From: Candidatus Altiarchaeota archaeon
GTDB taxonomy: Archaea > Altiarchaeota > Altiarchaeia > IMC4 > SCGC-AAA252-I15
DNA length: 64,000 bases
Direction of reading: 5' to 3'
Assembly (NCBI GenBank): GCA_043800255.1
Contig: JAZDNF010000008.1
Coordinates: 64,001 to 128,000, forward strand
Shown piece by piece: positions 40,816 to 50,594 of the stretch. Below the pieces are notes generated by a model, which was given only the letters and a program-made list of their open reading frames with translations, was not told where the DNA came from and searched no databases. Within the stretch, counting starts at the first letter, position 1, and each line of letters begins with the position of its first letter. The position numbers and the translations under genes are program-made.

Positions 40816-41448
40816 ATGGCTGAGGGCAGGATCGGGACGGACGAAGCCGGCAAGGGAGACTACTTCGGATACCTTGTTGTCGCAGGAGTGTATGCTGACG
40901 CTGAGATCGAGAAGACCCTCAAGCATTATGGCGTGAAAGACTCGAAGATGCTGTCGGATAGGAGAGTGAATGAGATTGCGAAACTCGTGAGGAGAACCTG
41001 CCAGCATGATATCGTCAGGATAAGCCCGAAAAAGTACAACCAACTCTATGATAAGCTCGGGAACATGAACCTGATACTGGCGTGGGCCCATGCTAGGGCG
41101 ATAGAGAACCTGCTGCCGAAGGTGAAATGCGACACCGTGATATCAGACCAGTTCGGGGACAGGAAGTTCCTGGAGGAGAAGCTGATGGAGGAGGGCAGAA
41201 AAGTCAGGCTGATCCAGAAGTTCAGGGCCGAATCGGACACAGCAGTCGCGGCAGCGTCGATACTCGCAAGAGACTACTATTTGAGCAGCCTGAAAAGGCT
41301 GTCCCAAAGATACGGAATAGAACTGCCGAAAGGCTCAACCCATGTTATGGAAGCCGGCAGGGAGCTGGTGAAAAAACACGGCCAAGAGGTGCTGGATGAG
41401 ATTGCGAAAAAGCATTTTAAGACGACCTCGACAATATTAAGGAGCTAG
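40816..41448 (+). CDS. rnhC: Ribonuclease HIII catalytic domain (no N-terminal TBP-like domain)
   Basis: IGTDEAGKGDYFG, GVKDSK, YNQLY...N.NLILAWAH, DQF, AAASILAR, LPKG and KKHF motifs. Confidence 0.82.
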   Translation: MAEGRIGTDEAGKGDYFGYLVVAGVYADAEIEKTLKHYGVKDSKMLSDRRVNEIAKLVRRTCQHDIVRISPKKYNQLYDKLGNMNLILAWAHARAIENLLPKVKCDTVISDQFGDRKFLEEKLMEEGRKVRLIQKFRAESDTAVAAASILARDYYLSSLKRLSQRYGIELPKGSTHVMEAGRELVKKHGQEVLDEIAKKHFKTTSTILRS

Positions 41449-41449
41449 G

Positions 41450-42070
41450 ATGTACCCAGTATACTATTACGAGCCGAAGCCGCCAGTGAGGATAGGACCG
41501 TTCACATTCTCGAGGAGGGAGCTGCACGACATATTCTGGTCGTGGCTTGTCATCTCCCTCGCATTCACGATAGTGATGTCACCCTCAGGGCTGACGCCCG
41601 CACTGTTCGGCGTATTCATATTCTCCGCCCTCACAGTTGGAATAGGATTCCTCTCCCACGAGCTCGCCCACAGGACGATGGCAAGGAGATACGGATGCCA
41701 CGCCGAATTCGTCGGATTCCCGAACATGTGGTGGATTGCGCTGCTGAGCTCGCTCATCGGATTCATCTTCGCAGCCCCGGGAGCCGTCATGATATCAGGA
41801 TACGTCGACAGGAGGAGGAACGGCATCATCAGCCTCGCAGGGCCGGTGACGAACCTGCTGATAGCGATCATATTCCTGGCGCTCGCCCCCCATCTGGGAG
41901 ACACTATCCTGAGAGACTTCGCCCTCTTCGGCTACAGGATAAACGGCTGGCTGGCGCTTTTCAACCTCATACCCTTCGGAGGCCTTGACGGCTCGAAAGT
42001 TTTAGCCTGGAACAAGGGCGTCTACGCTGCCGCATTCATGGCAGCCTTCGTCTTCGCCTTCATCCTGTAA
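41450..42070 (+). CDS. Site-2 protease (M50) family metalloprotease
   Basis: HELAH, LAGPVTN and FNLIP..GLDG motifs. Confidence 0.9.
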   Translation: MYPVYYYEPKPPVRIGPFTFSRRELHDIFWSWLVISLAFTIVMSPSGLTPALFGVFIFSALTVGIGFLSHELAHRTMARRYGCHAEFVGFPNMWWIALLSSLIGFIFAAPGAVMISGYVDRRRNGIISLAGPVTNLLIAIIFLALAPHLGDTILRDFALFGYRINGWLALFNLIPFGGLDGSKVLAWNKGVYAAAFMAAFVFAFIL

Positions 42071-42135
42071 ACAACCGCCGATCAGAGACTGGTGGAATAT
42101 CGCGTTTAAAAAGCGGCTGACAATAGTATTATTCT

Positions 42136-43434
42136 ATGGAAAAACCGAGGGTAGAAGCCAGCCTGAAGAGGGAGCTCGGCCTGTTCGAGACAACAGCGTA
42201 CGGCATAGGGATAATACTGGGCGCGGGGATATACGTTCTGATAGGGAAGGCTGCGGGAGTCGCCGGAAACTCCGTCTGGCTTTCCTTCATGATAGCGGCC
42301 GTCCTAGCGTCGTTCACGGGATTAAGCTACGCTGAACTGTCATCATTGTTCCAGAAGGATTCCGCAGAATACACCTACACGAAGAAGGCCTTCAGGAACC
42401 CGCTGCTGTCTTTCATGATAGGCTATCTGATAGTCGTGACAGGAGTCGTTGGAACCGCAACCGTCGCGTTAGGGTTCAGCGGATACTTCTCAGCCCTCTT
42501 CCACACGCCCATAATCATGATAGCTATCCTGGCGATAATCCTCTTCTCCATCCTGAACTTTTACGGCATAAAGCAGTCGGCAGAGATTAACGTGATATTC
42601 ACCTTCATAGAGGCCGGCGGCCTCGTGCTCATAATCCTGCTGGGCTTGAACCACATAGGAGAGGTAGACTACTTCGAGATGCCTGCAGGATTCTCCGGCG
42701 TGCTGACAGCATCCGCGCTCATATTCTTCGCCTACATCGGGTTTGAGGACATCGTGAAACTGGGCGAGGAGGTTAAGGACCCGCAGAAGACGCTGCCGAA
42801 GGCCCTCATACTATCGATAATAATAACCACTGTAATCTACATCCTGCTGTCGGTGTCTGTCATCAGCATCATGCCTGCCGATGAGCTGGGGAAATCCGAC
42901 GCGCCGCTTGCCGACGTCGCTGCAAAGGCGATGGGCTCCAAGGCGTTCCTAATCCTTTCGGTGGTGGCATTGTTCTCCACCTCAAACACTGTGCTCATAC
43001 TGCTCATCTCGACCTCGAGGATGCTGTACGGCCTAAGCTGCGAGAGGTGCCTTCCAAAGTACCTGATGAAAGTGCATCCGAAGACGGCGACGCCGTGGCT
43101 TTCAATCATCACCGTGATGGCAGCTGCAGTCGCATTCTCGATGGCAGGCAGCATAGAGTACGTCGCCAATGTGACGAACCTCGGGACTTTTCTAGTCTTC
43201 ACGCTCGTGAACCTGTCGCTGATAAAGCTGAGATACAGCATGCCCGATGCCGAGCGGGGCTTCAAGGTGCCTTTCAACATAGGAAGATTCCCGCTGACGG
43301 CCGGAGTCGGCATCGTTTTCACATTGTTCATGGTAGGACAGTTCACGGCTGACATACTCATTTCTGGAGCAGGTATAATAGGGTTCGGGCTGCTGCTCTA
43401 CGGCGTACTGGGGCAGGTAAGAAAATCAGGATGA
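42136..43434 (+). CDS. APC-family amino acid permease
   Basis: ILGAGIY, YAELSS and FFAYIGFE motifs; about 12 TM helices. Confidence 0.9.
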   Translation: MEKPRVEASLKRELGLFETTAYGIGIILGAGIYVLIGKAAGVAGNSVWLSFMIAAVLASFTGLSYAELSSLFQKDSAEYTYTKKAFRNPLLSFMIGYLIVVTGVVGTATVALGFSGYFSALFHTPIIMIAILAIILFSILNFYGIKQSAEINVIFTFIEAGGLVLIILLGLNHIGEVDYFEMPAGFSGVLTASALIFFAYIGFEDIVKLGEEVKDPQKTLPKALILSIIITTVIYILLSVSVISIMPADELGKSDAPLADVAAKAMGSKAFLILSVVALFSTSNTVLILLISTSRMLYGLSCERCLPKYLMKVHPKTATPWLSIITVMAAAVAFSMAGSIEYVANVTNLGTFLVFTLVNLSLIKLRYSMPDAERGFKVPFNIGRFPLTAGVGIVFTLFMVGQFTADILISGAGIIGFGLLLYGVLGQVRKSG

Positions 43435-44087
43435 GATTCGAACTGCATTCTCACACCAACGTCATCGACGGCCGAAGCACACCAGAGGAAATCGTAAGAG
43501 CCGCCGTCGGCAGGGGATTGGACGGCATAGCCATAACAGACCACGATCAGGTGAGAGGCAACCTGGAGGCGAGAAGATTCGCGCCTGAGGGTTTCACCGT
43601 AATCCCAGGAATCGAACTCTCTGCTAGGGAGGGCCACATAATCTGCCTCGGCAGCATCGACATACCTGAAGACTTTCTGGGGGTGATGAAGAATCCTGAA
43701 AAGCAGAAGCCTGCCTCAGAGATCATTAACCTGATACACGACATCGGAGGGCTGGCGATAGCAGCCCACCCCTATGACCTGATAAGGAACGGCGTCGGAG
43801 ACCTTGTCTACGAGCTGGAGTTCGACGCCATAGAGGTTTTGAACGGCCACACGCTATTGAACAGGAAAAGCCCTGTCAAGGCCGCGAAGAAACTGGGAAT
43901 TCCGATGGTCGGCGGGACGGACGCCCACAACGCATACGAGGTGGGAAACGTGACAGTAGAATGCGGAGCAGACATCCTAGACGAGATAAGGAATGACAAG
44001 GTTAGGATAATATCTGCCAGCAGAGCAAAGCTGGCTGCAGACTTCATGAGATCAGGGATACTGAAGTCGTATTTCAGGTTGGCGTGA
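43431..44087 (+). CDS. PHP-domain metal-dependent phosphoesterase
   Basis: LHSHT, AITDHD, AHPY and GGTDAH motifs. Confidence 0.88.
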   Translation: MRFELHSHTNVIDGRSTPEEIVRAAVGRGLDGIAITDHDQVRGNLEARRFAPEGFTVIPGIELSAREGHIICLGSIDIPEDFLGVMKNPEKQKPASEIINLIHDIGGLAIAAHPYDLIRNGVGDLVYELEFDAIEVLNGHTLLNRKSPVKAAKKLGIPMVGGTDAHNAYEVGNVTVECGADILDEIRNDKVRIISASRAKLAADFMRSGILKSYFRLA

Positions 44088-44271
44088 ACTCCTCTCTAGA
44101 GTAGCCGTCTTCTTCCGTCTCCTGGTGCACGTCCCCGTACATGTCCCTGTAGTATCCTGCATCCTCTGACACTGCAGGAGACGTGTCCTCTGACGCCGCA
44201 GGAGACGTGTCCTCGATGATCTTTTTCGTCGTCTTCTTCTTCCTGACTGTTGCCTTCTTTTTTCCGGCCAT
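44074..44271 (-). CDS. Small protein with basic N-terminus and acidic 8-aa tandem repeat
   Basis: MAGKKKATVRKKK then EDTSPAAS/EDTSPAVS; 24-bp tandem repeat at 44162-44214. Confidence 0.5.
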   Translation of the reverse strand: MAGKKKATVRKKKTTKKIIEDTSPAASEDTSPAVSEDAGYYRDMYGDVHQETEEDGYSREEFTPT

Positions 44272-44309
44272 CTTCTAATATTTATCCATTAGGCTTTATA
44301 TCTGATAGT

Positions 44310-45698
44310 ATGCAAGTGAGTATAAAAAGCAGGAGGATAAGGTCTGCTGAACTCGACCCGCTGTACGTTTACAGCCAGTTCAAGGGAAAGAACACTTACA
44401 TCCTGGAGTCTGTCGAAGGCGGCGAGAAGGTCGCAAGATACTCCATCATAGGCTTGAACCCGAAGCTGCGGCTCAGGATAAAGGAGGGGAAGGCAGACTG
44501 CAAGACAGACCTGAAACTGAAGTTAGGAAGAGAGAAAAATCCTCTGAACACGCTTCGGAAGGTGTCCCACAGCTTCTCCCTCAAGGAGGGCACGAAGACC
44601 AGGTTCACCGGCGGCCTGGTAGGGTACTTCTCGTATGACATGGTAAGGTACGCCTACGACATCGGAGACTCTGCGGAGGATGACCTACACCACCCGGACT
44701 GCGAGTACGTCATGGCAGGGAACAACATCATCTTCGACCACGTGAAGAAGGAAATCCATGTGACAGCCAACGTCATAGGAGACGACGACTCCACGCTCGG
44801 GAAGATGGACGACGCATATGAGACAATCCTGAACCTCCCGCTGGGGAAGAAGGTCTACGAGAGGCCAAGCAGCAGGAAAATCGACTTCCAATCGAATATG
44901 ACGGAACACGAGTACAAGGAGTCTGTGAAATCAGCCAAAGAGTACATAAAGGCTGGTGATATATTCCAGGTAGTGCTCTCACAGAGGCTGAGCGCGGAAT
45001 ACGACGAGGATCCATTAAGGGCTTACAGCTTTCTGAAGAGGATAAACCCGAGCCCCTACATGTACTTCCTCGACTTCGGGGACAGGAAGGTCGCAGGCTC
45101 GAGCCCGGAGATGCTTGCGAGGGTGGAAGACGGCAGAGTGTGGACTCACCCGATAGCAGGCACGAGGCCTAGAGGCAAGACCATAAGGGAGGACCAGAAG
45201 CTTGAGAGGGAGATGCTCAAGGACAGGAAGGAGAGAGCCGAGCATCTGATGCTGGTAGACTTGGGCAGGAACGACGTCGGCAGAGTGGCTGACTTCGGCA
45301 CCGTCAACGTGAAACGGTTCATGAAAGTTGAAAAATACTCCCACGTCCAGCACATAGTCTCTGAGGTAATGGGAGAGATGAGAGACGACAGGGACGAGTT
45401 CGACGCCCTCATATCGATATTCCCGGCTGGAACCGTCTCCGGAGCTCCTAAGGTGAGGGCTATGGAGATCATAGAGGAGCTGGAGCCGACCAGGAGGGGA
45501 ATCTACGCAGGCAGCGTCGGCTACTTCTCCTACAACAGGAACATGGACACCGCGATAGCGATACGGACGATAGTGTTCGACAAAAAGAGGGCCTACGCCC
45601 AGTCCGGCGGAGGGATAGTGGCAGACTCGAAACCTCAGAAGGAGTACATGGAGGCCAGAAACAAGGCCAAGGCGCTGCTCAAGGCCATCCGCTATTAG
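44310..45698 (+). CDS. trpE: Anthranilate synthase component I
   Basis: LESVEGG, GDIFQVVLSQR, NPSPYMY, EHLMLVDLGRND and PAGTVSGAPK motifs. Confidence 0.9.
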   Translation: MQVSIKSRRIRSAELDPLYVYSQFKGKNTYILESVEGGEKVARYSIIGLNPKLRLRIKEGKADCKTDLKLKLGREKNPLNTLRKVSHSFSLKEGTKTRFTGGLVGYFSYDMVRYAYDIGDSAEDDLHHPDCEYVMAGNNIIFDHVKKEIHVTANVIGDDDSTLGKMDDAYETILNLPLGKKVYERPSSRKIDFQSNMTEHEYKESVKSAKEYIKAGDIFQVVLSQRLSAEYDEDPLRAYSFLKRINPSPYMYFLDFGDRKVAGSSPEMLARVEDGRVWTHPIAGTRPRGKTIREDQKLEREMLKDRKERAEHLMLVDLGRNDVGRVADFGTVNVKRFMKVEKYSHVQHIVSEVMGEMRDDRDEFDALISIFPAGTVSGAPKVRAMEIIEELEPTRRGIYAGSVGYFSYNRNMDTAIAIRTIVFDKKRAYAQSGGGIVADSKPQKEYMEARNKAKALLKAIRY

Positions 45699-45762
45699 GA
45701 AGGTTTTGTTTTACAACCAATTGCACACTATTTTTATACGAAATGTAATAACTTTAGACAAA

Positions 45763-46818
45763 ATGGACAAGCTGAACGTCGGCATACTCGGAGCCACAGG
45801 AATGGTAGGCCAGAGGTTTATCGAAGGACTGGTAGACCACCCGTACTTTGAGATAAAGGCGCTCGCAGCCTCTGAGAGGAGCGAGGGAAAAAGGTACAAG
45901 GATGCCGCGAAATGGTACCTCAGCGGCGAGATACCTGCGGACATAGCGTCAGCAGAGGTCGTTGACATGAGCGAGTCCATCGTCGAGAAGTACGACCTTG
46001 ACATAATATTCTCAGCAATACCGGCGGAAATAGCCGAAAAGGTTGAGGGAAGCTTTGCCAAGAAGATTCCATTGTTTTCGAACACGAAAACATACAGGAT
46101 GGAGGATGACGTCCCCCTCATCATCCCGGAAGTGAACCCGGAGCACCTGAGCCTCCTCGAAGTCCAGAAGAAGAGGAGGAAGTGGGAGGGCTTCATAATA
46201 ACGAACCCGAACTGCTCGACCGTGGGGCTTGTCGTGCCGCTGAAGCCGATAATGGACAAGTACGGGCTGAAGTGGGTCAACGTGGCGACCATGCAGGCGC
46301 TCTCAGGCGCAGGCTACAACGGCGTGCCGTCTATGGCCATACTTGACAACATGATACCGTTCATCGGGGGCGAAGAGCCTAAGGTAGAGACAGAGACCCT
46401 TAAGATACTCGGGAAGTTCGGGAACTCGAAGGTAGATTATGCCAAATTCGCCGTGTTCGCGTCCTGCAACAGGATAGCGACCTTGAACGGCCACATGGAA
46501 GCGGCCTTCATCGGAACCGAAAAGGACTGCAGCGAAGACGACATAAAGAAGGCGCTCTCAGGATTCAAGGGCGAACCTCAGAAGCTGAAGCTGCCGTCAG
46601 CTCCGAACCCGGTGATAATAGTCCGGGAGGAGGATGACAGGCCTCAGCCACGGTTGGACAGGGATGCGGGGAAGGGCATGGCAGTCACCTGCGGCAGAAT
46701 CAGGAAGAAGATGGAGAATGTGTTCAAGTTCACCTGCCTGTCCCACAACACCATCAGAGGGGCTGCGGGAGCGAGCATACTGAACGCTGAACTGGTGTAC
46801 AAGAAAGGATTAATCTGA
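45763..46818 (+). CDS. asd: Aspartate-semialdehyde dehydrogenase (archaeal/fungal type)
   Basis: [25 protein letters not shown] and HNTIRGAAG motifs. Confidence 0.94.
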   Translation: MDKLNVGILGATGMVGQRFIEGLVDHPYFEIKALAASERSEGKRYKDAAKWYLSGEIPADIASAEVVDMSESIVEKYDLDIIFSAIPAEIAEKVEGSFAKKIPLFSNTKTYRMEDDVPLIIPEVNPEHLSLLEVQKKRRKWEGFIITNPNCSTVGLVVPLKPIMDKYGLKWVNVATMQALSGAGYNGVPSMAILDNMIPFIGGEEPKVETETLKILGKFGNSKVDYAKFAVFASCNRIATLNGHMEAAFIGTEKDCSEDDIKKALSGFKGEPQKLKLPSAPNPVIIVREEDDRPQPRLDRDAGKGMAVTCGRIRKKMENVFKFTCLSHNTIRGAAGASILNAELVYKKGLI

Positions 46819-46820
46819 GC

Positions 46821-47024
46821 TTATCCTGTAGTAACTTTGCCGCGCCTGCGCTCGCCGATGCTGAACGGCTCCATTCCAGCGACCTTGTCTATGGGGGATT
46901 CTATCATAATCTTCGGCAGGCTTGCCTTTACAGCGTCAGGCCTCAGAGGCTGGCCGGTTTCGACCCTCTCATTAATCTCCCTCAGGCCAGGAGGCTTCTT
47001 CCTCTCGGACTCGACTTCCCTCAT
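46821..47024 (-). CDS. Small hypothetical protein
   Basis: 67-aa ORF with ATG start, convergent with asd. Confidence 0.4.
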   Translation of the reverse strand: MREVESERKKPPGLREINERVETGQPLRPDAVKASLPKIMIESPIDKVAGMEPFSIGERRRGKVTTG

Positions 47025-47203
47025 GATAGGATATACACAATACTACGATAAAAATCATATGACCTGGCATGTCAAGAACCATCAGCCTCTGAGAGGAGGC
47101 AGGTAATGTGGTTCTTGGCAGAAGATTTCCACGCCAGTCTATAGATTGGTGGAAATCTTGGATTTATATTGTGTGGTCGTATCTTTAATACACGGTGCAT
47201 GAG

Positions 47204-47689
47204 ATGGCTGACGATTTGCGCATTCTGGAGCTGCTTGAGGAGAACGCTGGCCTGACGGAGGATGAGATAGCGAAGATGCTGGACGAGAATCCTGCTAAAG
47301 TGAGGAAAAGCATCACAGACCTCAAAAAGAGGAAGATCATCCTGAAGTCCAAGGCGATAGTAGACTGGAAGAAGGCAGGCAGGCCTTACGCGACGGCTGC
47401 GATACAGATCAAGGTGGTGCCGCAGGAGAGGGCAGGGTTCGCGAGGATATGCGAGACGCTGGCTAAGGACAATAGGGTTACTGACGTGTTCGTGGTCACA
47501 GGAGAGTACGACCTCCTCATCATGATAAGAGCCGAGAGCCTGGAGGAGGTAAGCGACTTCGTCACCGAAAAGCTGGCCCCGAAGAGGGAGGTTGTCGGAA
47601 CCTACACTCACATCATAATGAGCGAGTACAAGAGGGACGGCGCAGCAATATCGAACGACAAGGCCAAGAGGCTTGCCGTCTCCATCTAA
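47204..47689 (+). CDS. Lrp/AsnC-family transcriptional regulator
   Basis: N-terminal HTH and VTGEYDL RAM domain; paired with an aminotransferase. Confidence 0.88.
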   Translation: MADDLRILELLEENAGLTEDEIAKMLDENPAKVRKSITDLKKRKIILKSKAIVDWKKAGRPYATAAIQIKVVPQERAGFARICETLAKDNRVTDVFVVTGEYDLLIMIRAESLEEVSDFVTEKLAPKREVVGTYTHIIMSEYKRDGAAISNDKAKRLAVSI

Positions 47690-47697
47690 CGGAGAAA

Positions 47698-48849
47698 ATG
47701 ATTTCTAAACGGGTTAAAAGCATACCCTACTCAGGTATCAGGAGGTTCTTCGAACTGGTTGAGCAGAGCGAGGACGTCGTAAGCCTGGGAGTGGGAGAGC
47801 CTGACTTCCCCACGCCTGACCCTATGAAGGAGGCGGGCATCATGGCGATAGAGAGGGATTACACGTCGTACACCTCGAATTACGGGATACTGGAGCTGAG
47901 GGAGAGGATAGCAGACAAACTTAGGAGGGAGAACGGCATCAGAGTCGATCCGAAGAATCAGGTGCTCATAACGACCGGGACCAGTGAAGCATTAGACCTG
48001 GTGTTCAGGGCGGTATTGGAGCCTGGAGACGAGGTCATAGTCCCGGAGCCGTCTTACGTGTCATATAAGCCGTGCGTGTGGTTCACCCACGCGAATCCAG
48101 TGCCAGTTCCGACATCGGAGGAGAATGAGTTCAGGGTGAGGGCAGAGGACATCGAAAAGAGGATAACGAAGAAGACGAAGGCAGTAATAGTTGCGTCACC
48201 TAACAATCCCACCGGGAGCGTCCTGGGCAAAAAGGACCTGAAGCAGATAGCAGACGTCGCATTGGAGCATGACCTCCTCGTAGTGTCAGACGAACTTTAC
48301 GAGTACCTCATATACGACAAGACTAAACACTACAGCATCGCATCCTTCAAGGGGATGGAAGACAACGTCGTGACCATAAACGGCTTTTCAAAGGGATGCG
48401 CGTTCACAGGCTGGAGGCTAGGCTACGCATGCGGCCCTTCCGAGATCATAGAAGCGATGATGAAGATACACCAGTACAGCATGCTCTCAGCGCCGTCCAT
48501 CTCGCAGTATGCTGCATTGAAGGCGTTCGATTGCAAGAAGCATGTCAGGAGCATGGTCGCAGAATACGACAGGAGGAGGAAGCTGCTCGTGAAGGGTTTG
48601 AATGAGCTAAAGGGCATAAGCTGCATCATGCCGAAGGGCGCCTTCTACGCGTTCCCCAACATCAGGGAAACACGTATGTCGTCTGAGGATTTCGCGCAGA
48701 GGCTCCTGAAGGAGGCCGGTGTTGCAGTAGTCCCAGGCTCAACCTTCGGGGACTCGGGCGAAGGATACGTCAGATGCTCATACTCTGTTTCCAAGGAGAA
48801 CATAATAGAGGCCCTGGTGAGGATGGAAAGGTTCGCCTCAAAGCTCTGA
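47698..48849 (+). CDS. Class I/II PLP-dependent aminotransferase
   Basis: GEPDF, PNNPTG, SDELY and FSK..AFTGWRLG motifs. Confidence 0.92.
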   Translation: MISKRVKSIPYSGIRRFFELVEQSEDVVSLGVGEPDFPTPDPMKEAGIMAIERDYTSYTSNYGILELRERIADKLRRENGIRVDPKNQVLITTGTSEALDLVFRAVLEPGDEVIVPEPSYVSYKPCVWFTHANPVPVPTSEENEFRVRAEDIEKRITKKTKAVIVASPNNPTGSVLGKKDLKQIADVALEHDLLVVSDELYEYLIYDKTKHYSIASFKGMEDNVVTINGFSKGCAFTGWRLGYACGPSEIIEAMMKIHQYSMLSAPSISQYAALKAFDCKKHVRSMVAEYDRRRKLLVKGLNELKGISCIMPKGAFYAFPNIRETRMSSEDFAQRLLKEAGVAVVPGSTFGDSGEGYVRCSYSVSKENIIEALVRMERFASKL

Positions 48850-48896
48850 AGTTGAACAATATCTGATTTTTAGTTCTCGGATGGCCTATATCATAC

Positions 48897-50549
48897 ATGC
48901 CAGACGCTAAGCCGAAACAACGTATAAGAGACGGTAAAGCATGGCAGACTGTAGAAGGACTCCCTGAGATTCTAAGCGTTAAGGAGGAGAGGAGGAGCAC
49001 CATAAGAAAGCGTGAAGGCGAATGGTATAAGCAAGAGAGGGGCAAATACGGGGTATACGACGATAACGTAAGGGCTTGGACGCACGCAACGCACGTTTCC
49101 CACGCCAAAGAGGAATTTCTGGTCTACCCTACGCAGATAAGGGAGAAGGACAGAACCTCCGAGGAAAGGGTTTATTCTAATGCTATCGCGGTAGACAGCA
49201 TAACCACAGGCGAGAGGTATACTTTATATGAGACTTGGTTTGACAGGACAGGCCGCGGAGAAGTCAGCGAAAAAGACGCTAACCCCGACAAGCACATCAG
49301 AAAATGGACTCTCAGGGGCGGGCCGAAGGACATGTACGCAGGCGCAAGGAAGAGGACGAACTTCCTGCTTAACCCTGATGACGGCATAATAGAGGCCAGG
49401 TCCAGGACATCGGGCGAGACCAGAACCGACTTCGTGCTTGGCGGCAACCTGACGAGCGACGAGAGAAGATTCTTCATAGGCGGCTTCACGACGACGATAG
49501 GATACTGGGAGAAACAGTATCAGATGCTGAAGGACAGCGTACAGCTCTTAACCTATAGGATTAGAGGGCATGACGTCACAAGAGCCGGGAGGCAGATGGA
49601 AGACCCGACAGAGTATCTGGGAAACATCACCAAGAAGCCGGAAGCCTATCTGAAACACTGCGCAAATGACATTGGAGTAGCAATAGACGAGAGCAATAGG
49701 ATTCTGAGGATACTGCCGGTACTTTCAAAAGCGTCTCAGGAGAGCGATGACATACCAGGCGAGTTCAAATTCGCTGACACTAGGAGAACGAACAAGGCTA
49801 AAACAGTAGAGCAGGTTGACCTGATAGGCCACAGCATGGGAGGCATGATCGCAAGGAAATCCATAGTAGACAACCCAGATCACGTCAAGAGCCTGACGCT
49901 CGTCTGCTCGCCGCCGGACAGAGTACTGCTGAGGGACGTTAAAGCCCTGAGCATAGTCTCCGGGCTGCCTGCGAGCGTGCCGATACCGACAGGCGTGAAA
50001 GTGGGGGCGTATGTCGGAGCCAGAATCGTCTGGGACATGCTACCCAAGAGTGTCGGCAGGTCGATAGGAACCAGTCTCGCCACGGCAGGACTGTGGACGC
50101 TGAAAAAGCTGGCAACTTCGGCTGCGATAAGGAACAGTTTGAACGTAGGCTACAGGGCTCAGGCGGCGATCAGGGGGACTAAGGCCATGGACTGGGAGCA
50201 GTTCGACACGTACATAGGAAAATTCCGGCAGACTCCAGCGTATACACTCCAGCACGCCCTCAAGGCCATGGCATCCTTCAACCCTAAAAGCTTCCGCGAA
50301 TTCGCAAAATCGCTGGAATGCACCACCCCGATAATGATAGTCGCTGGGGGCAGGGACTCGATAGTGGACCCAGCGGACTGCGAGAATGAAGCGAAGGACA
50401 TAGGAGCGCTTTTCGTGAGCTTCACGAACTGCGATCATGGCCTCCCCATGGAGGAGCCGGAGCTGTTCCATGATGTGACCGAAGAGTTCATAAGGACCGG
50501 CAACGTCACTCCACAGGATGGGATAGAAGTCAGAGACTACAGGAAGTAG
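48897..50549 (+). CDS. Alpha/beta hydrolase with a long unique N-terminal region
   Basis: GHSMGG nucleophile elbow, GGRDSIVD and CDHGLPME. Confidence 0.75.
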   Translation: MPDAKPKQRIRDGKAWQTVEGLPEILSVKEERRSTIRKREGEWYKQERGKYGVYDDNVRAWTHATHVSHAKEEFLVYPTQIREKDRTSEERVYSNAIAVDSITTGERYTLYETWFDRTGRGEVSEKDANPDKHIRKWTLRGGPKDMYAGARKRTNFLLNPDDGIIEARSRTSGETRTDFVLGGNLTSDERRFFIGGFTTTIGYWEKQYQMLKDSVQLLTYRIRGHDVTRAGRQMEDPTEYLGNITKKPEAYLKHCANDIGVAIDESNRILRILPVLSKASQESDDIPGEFKFADTRRTNKAKTVEQVDLIGHSMGGMIARKSIVDNPDHVKSLTLVCSPPDRVLLRDVKALSIVSGLPASVPIPTGVKVGAYVGARIVWDMLPKSVGRSIGTSLATAGLWTLKKLATSAAIRNSLNVGYRAQAAIRGTKAMDWEQFDTYIGKFRQTPAYTLQHALKAMASFNPKSFREFAKSLECTTPIMIVAGGRDSIVDPADCENEAKDIGALFVSFTNCDHGLPMEEPELFHDVTEEFIRTGNVTPQDGIEVRDYRK

Positions 50550-50594
50550 AAAGAGCAGGTATTTTAATCCTATTCCCATTTTTTATTCCAGATC

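Noticed and set aside
44310-45698. trpE without trpG, and scpA (16611-17318) without smc, as anomalies
   Set aside because: Dispersed partner genes are common in archaea and may lie outside this window.
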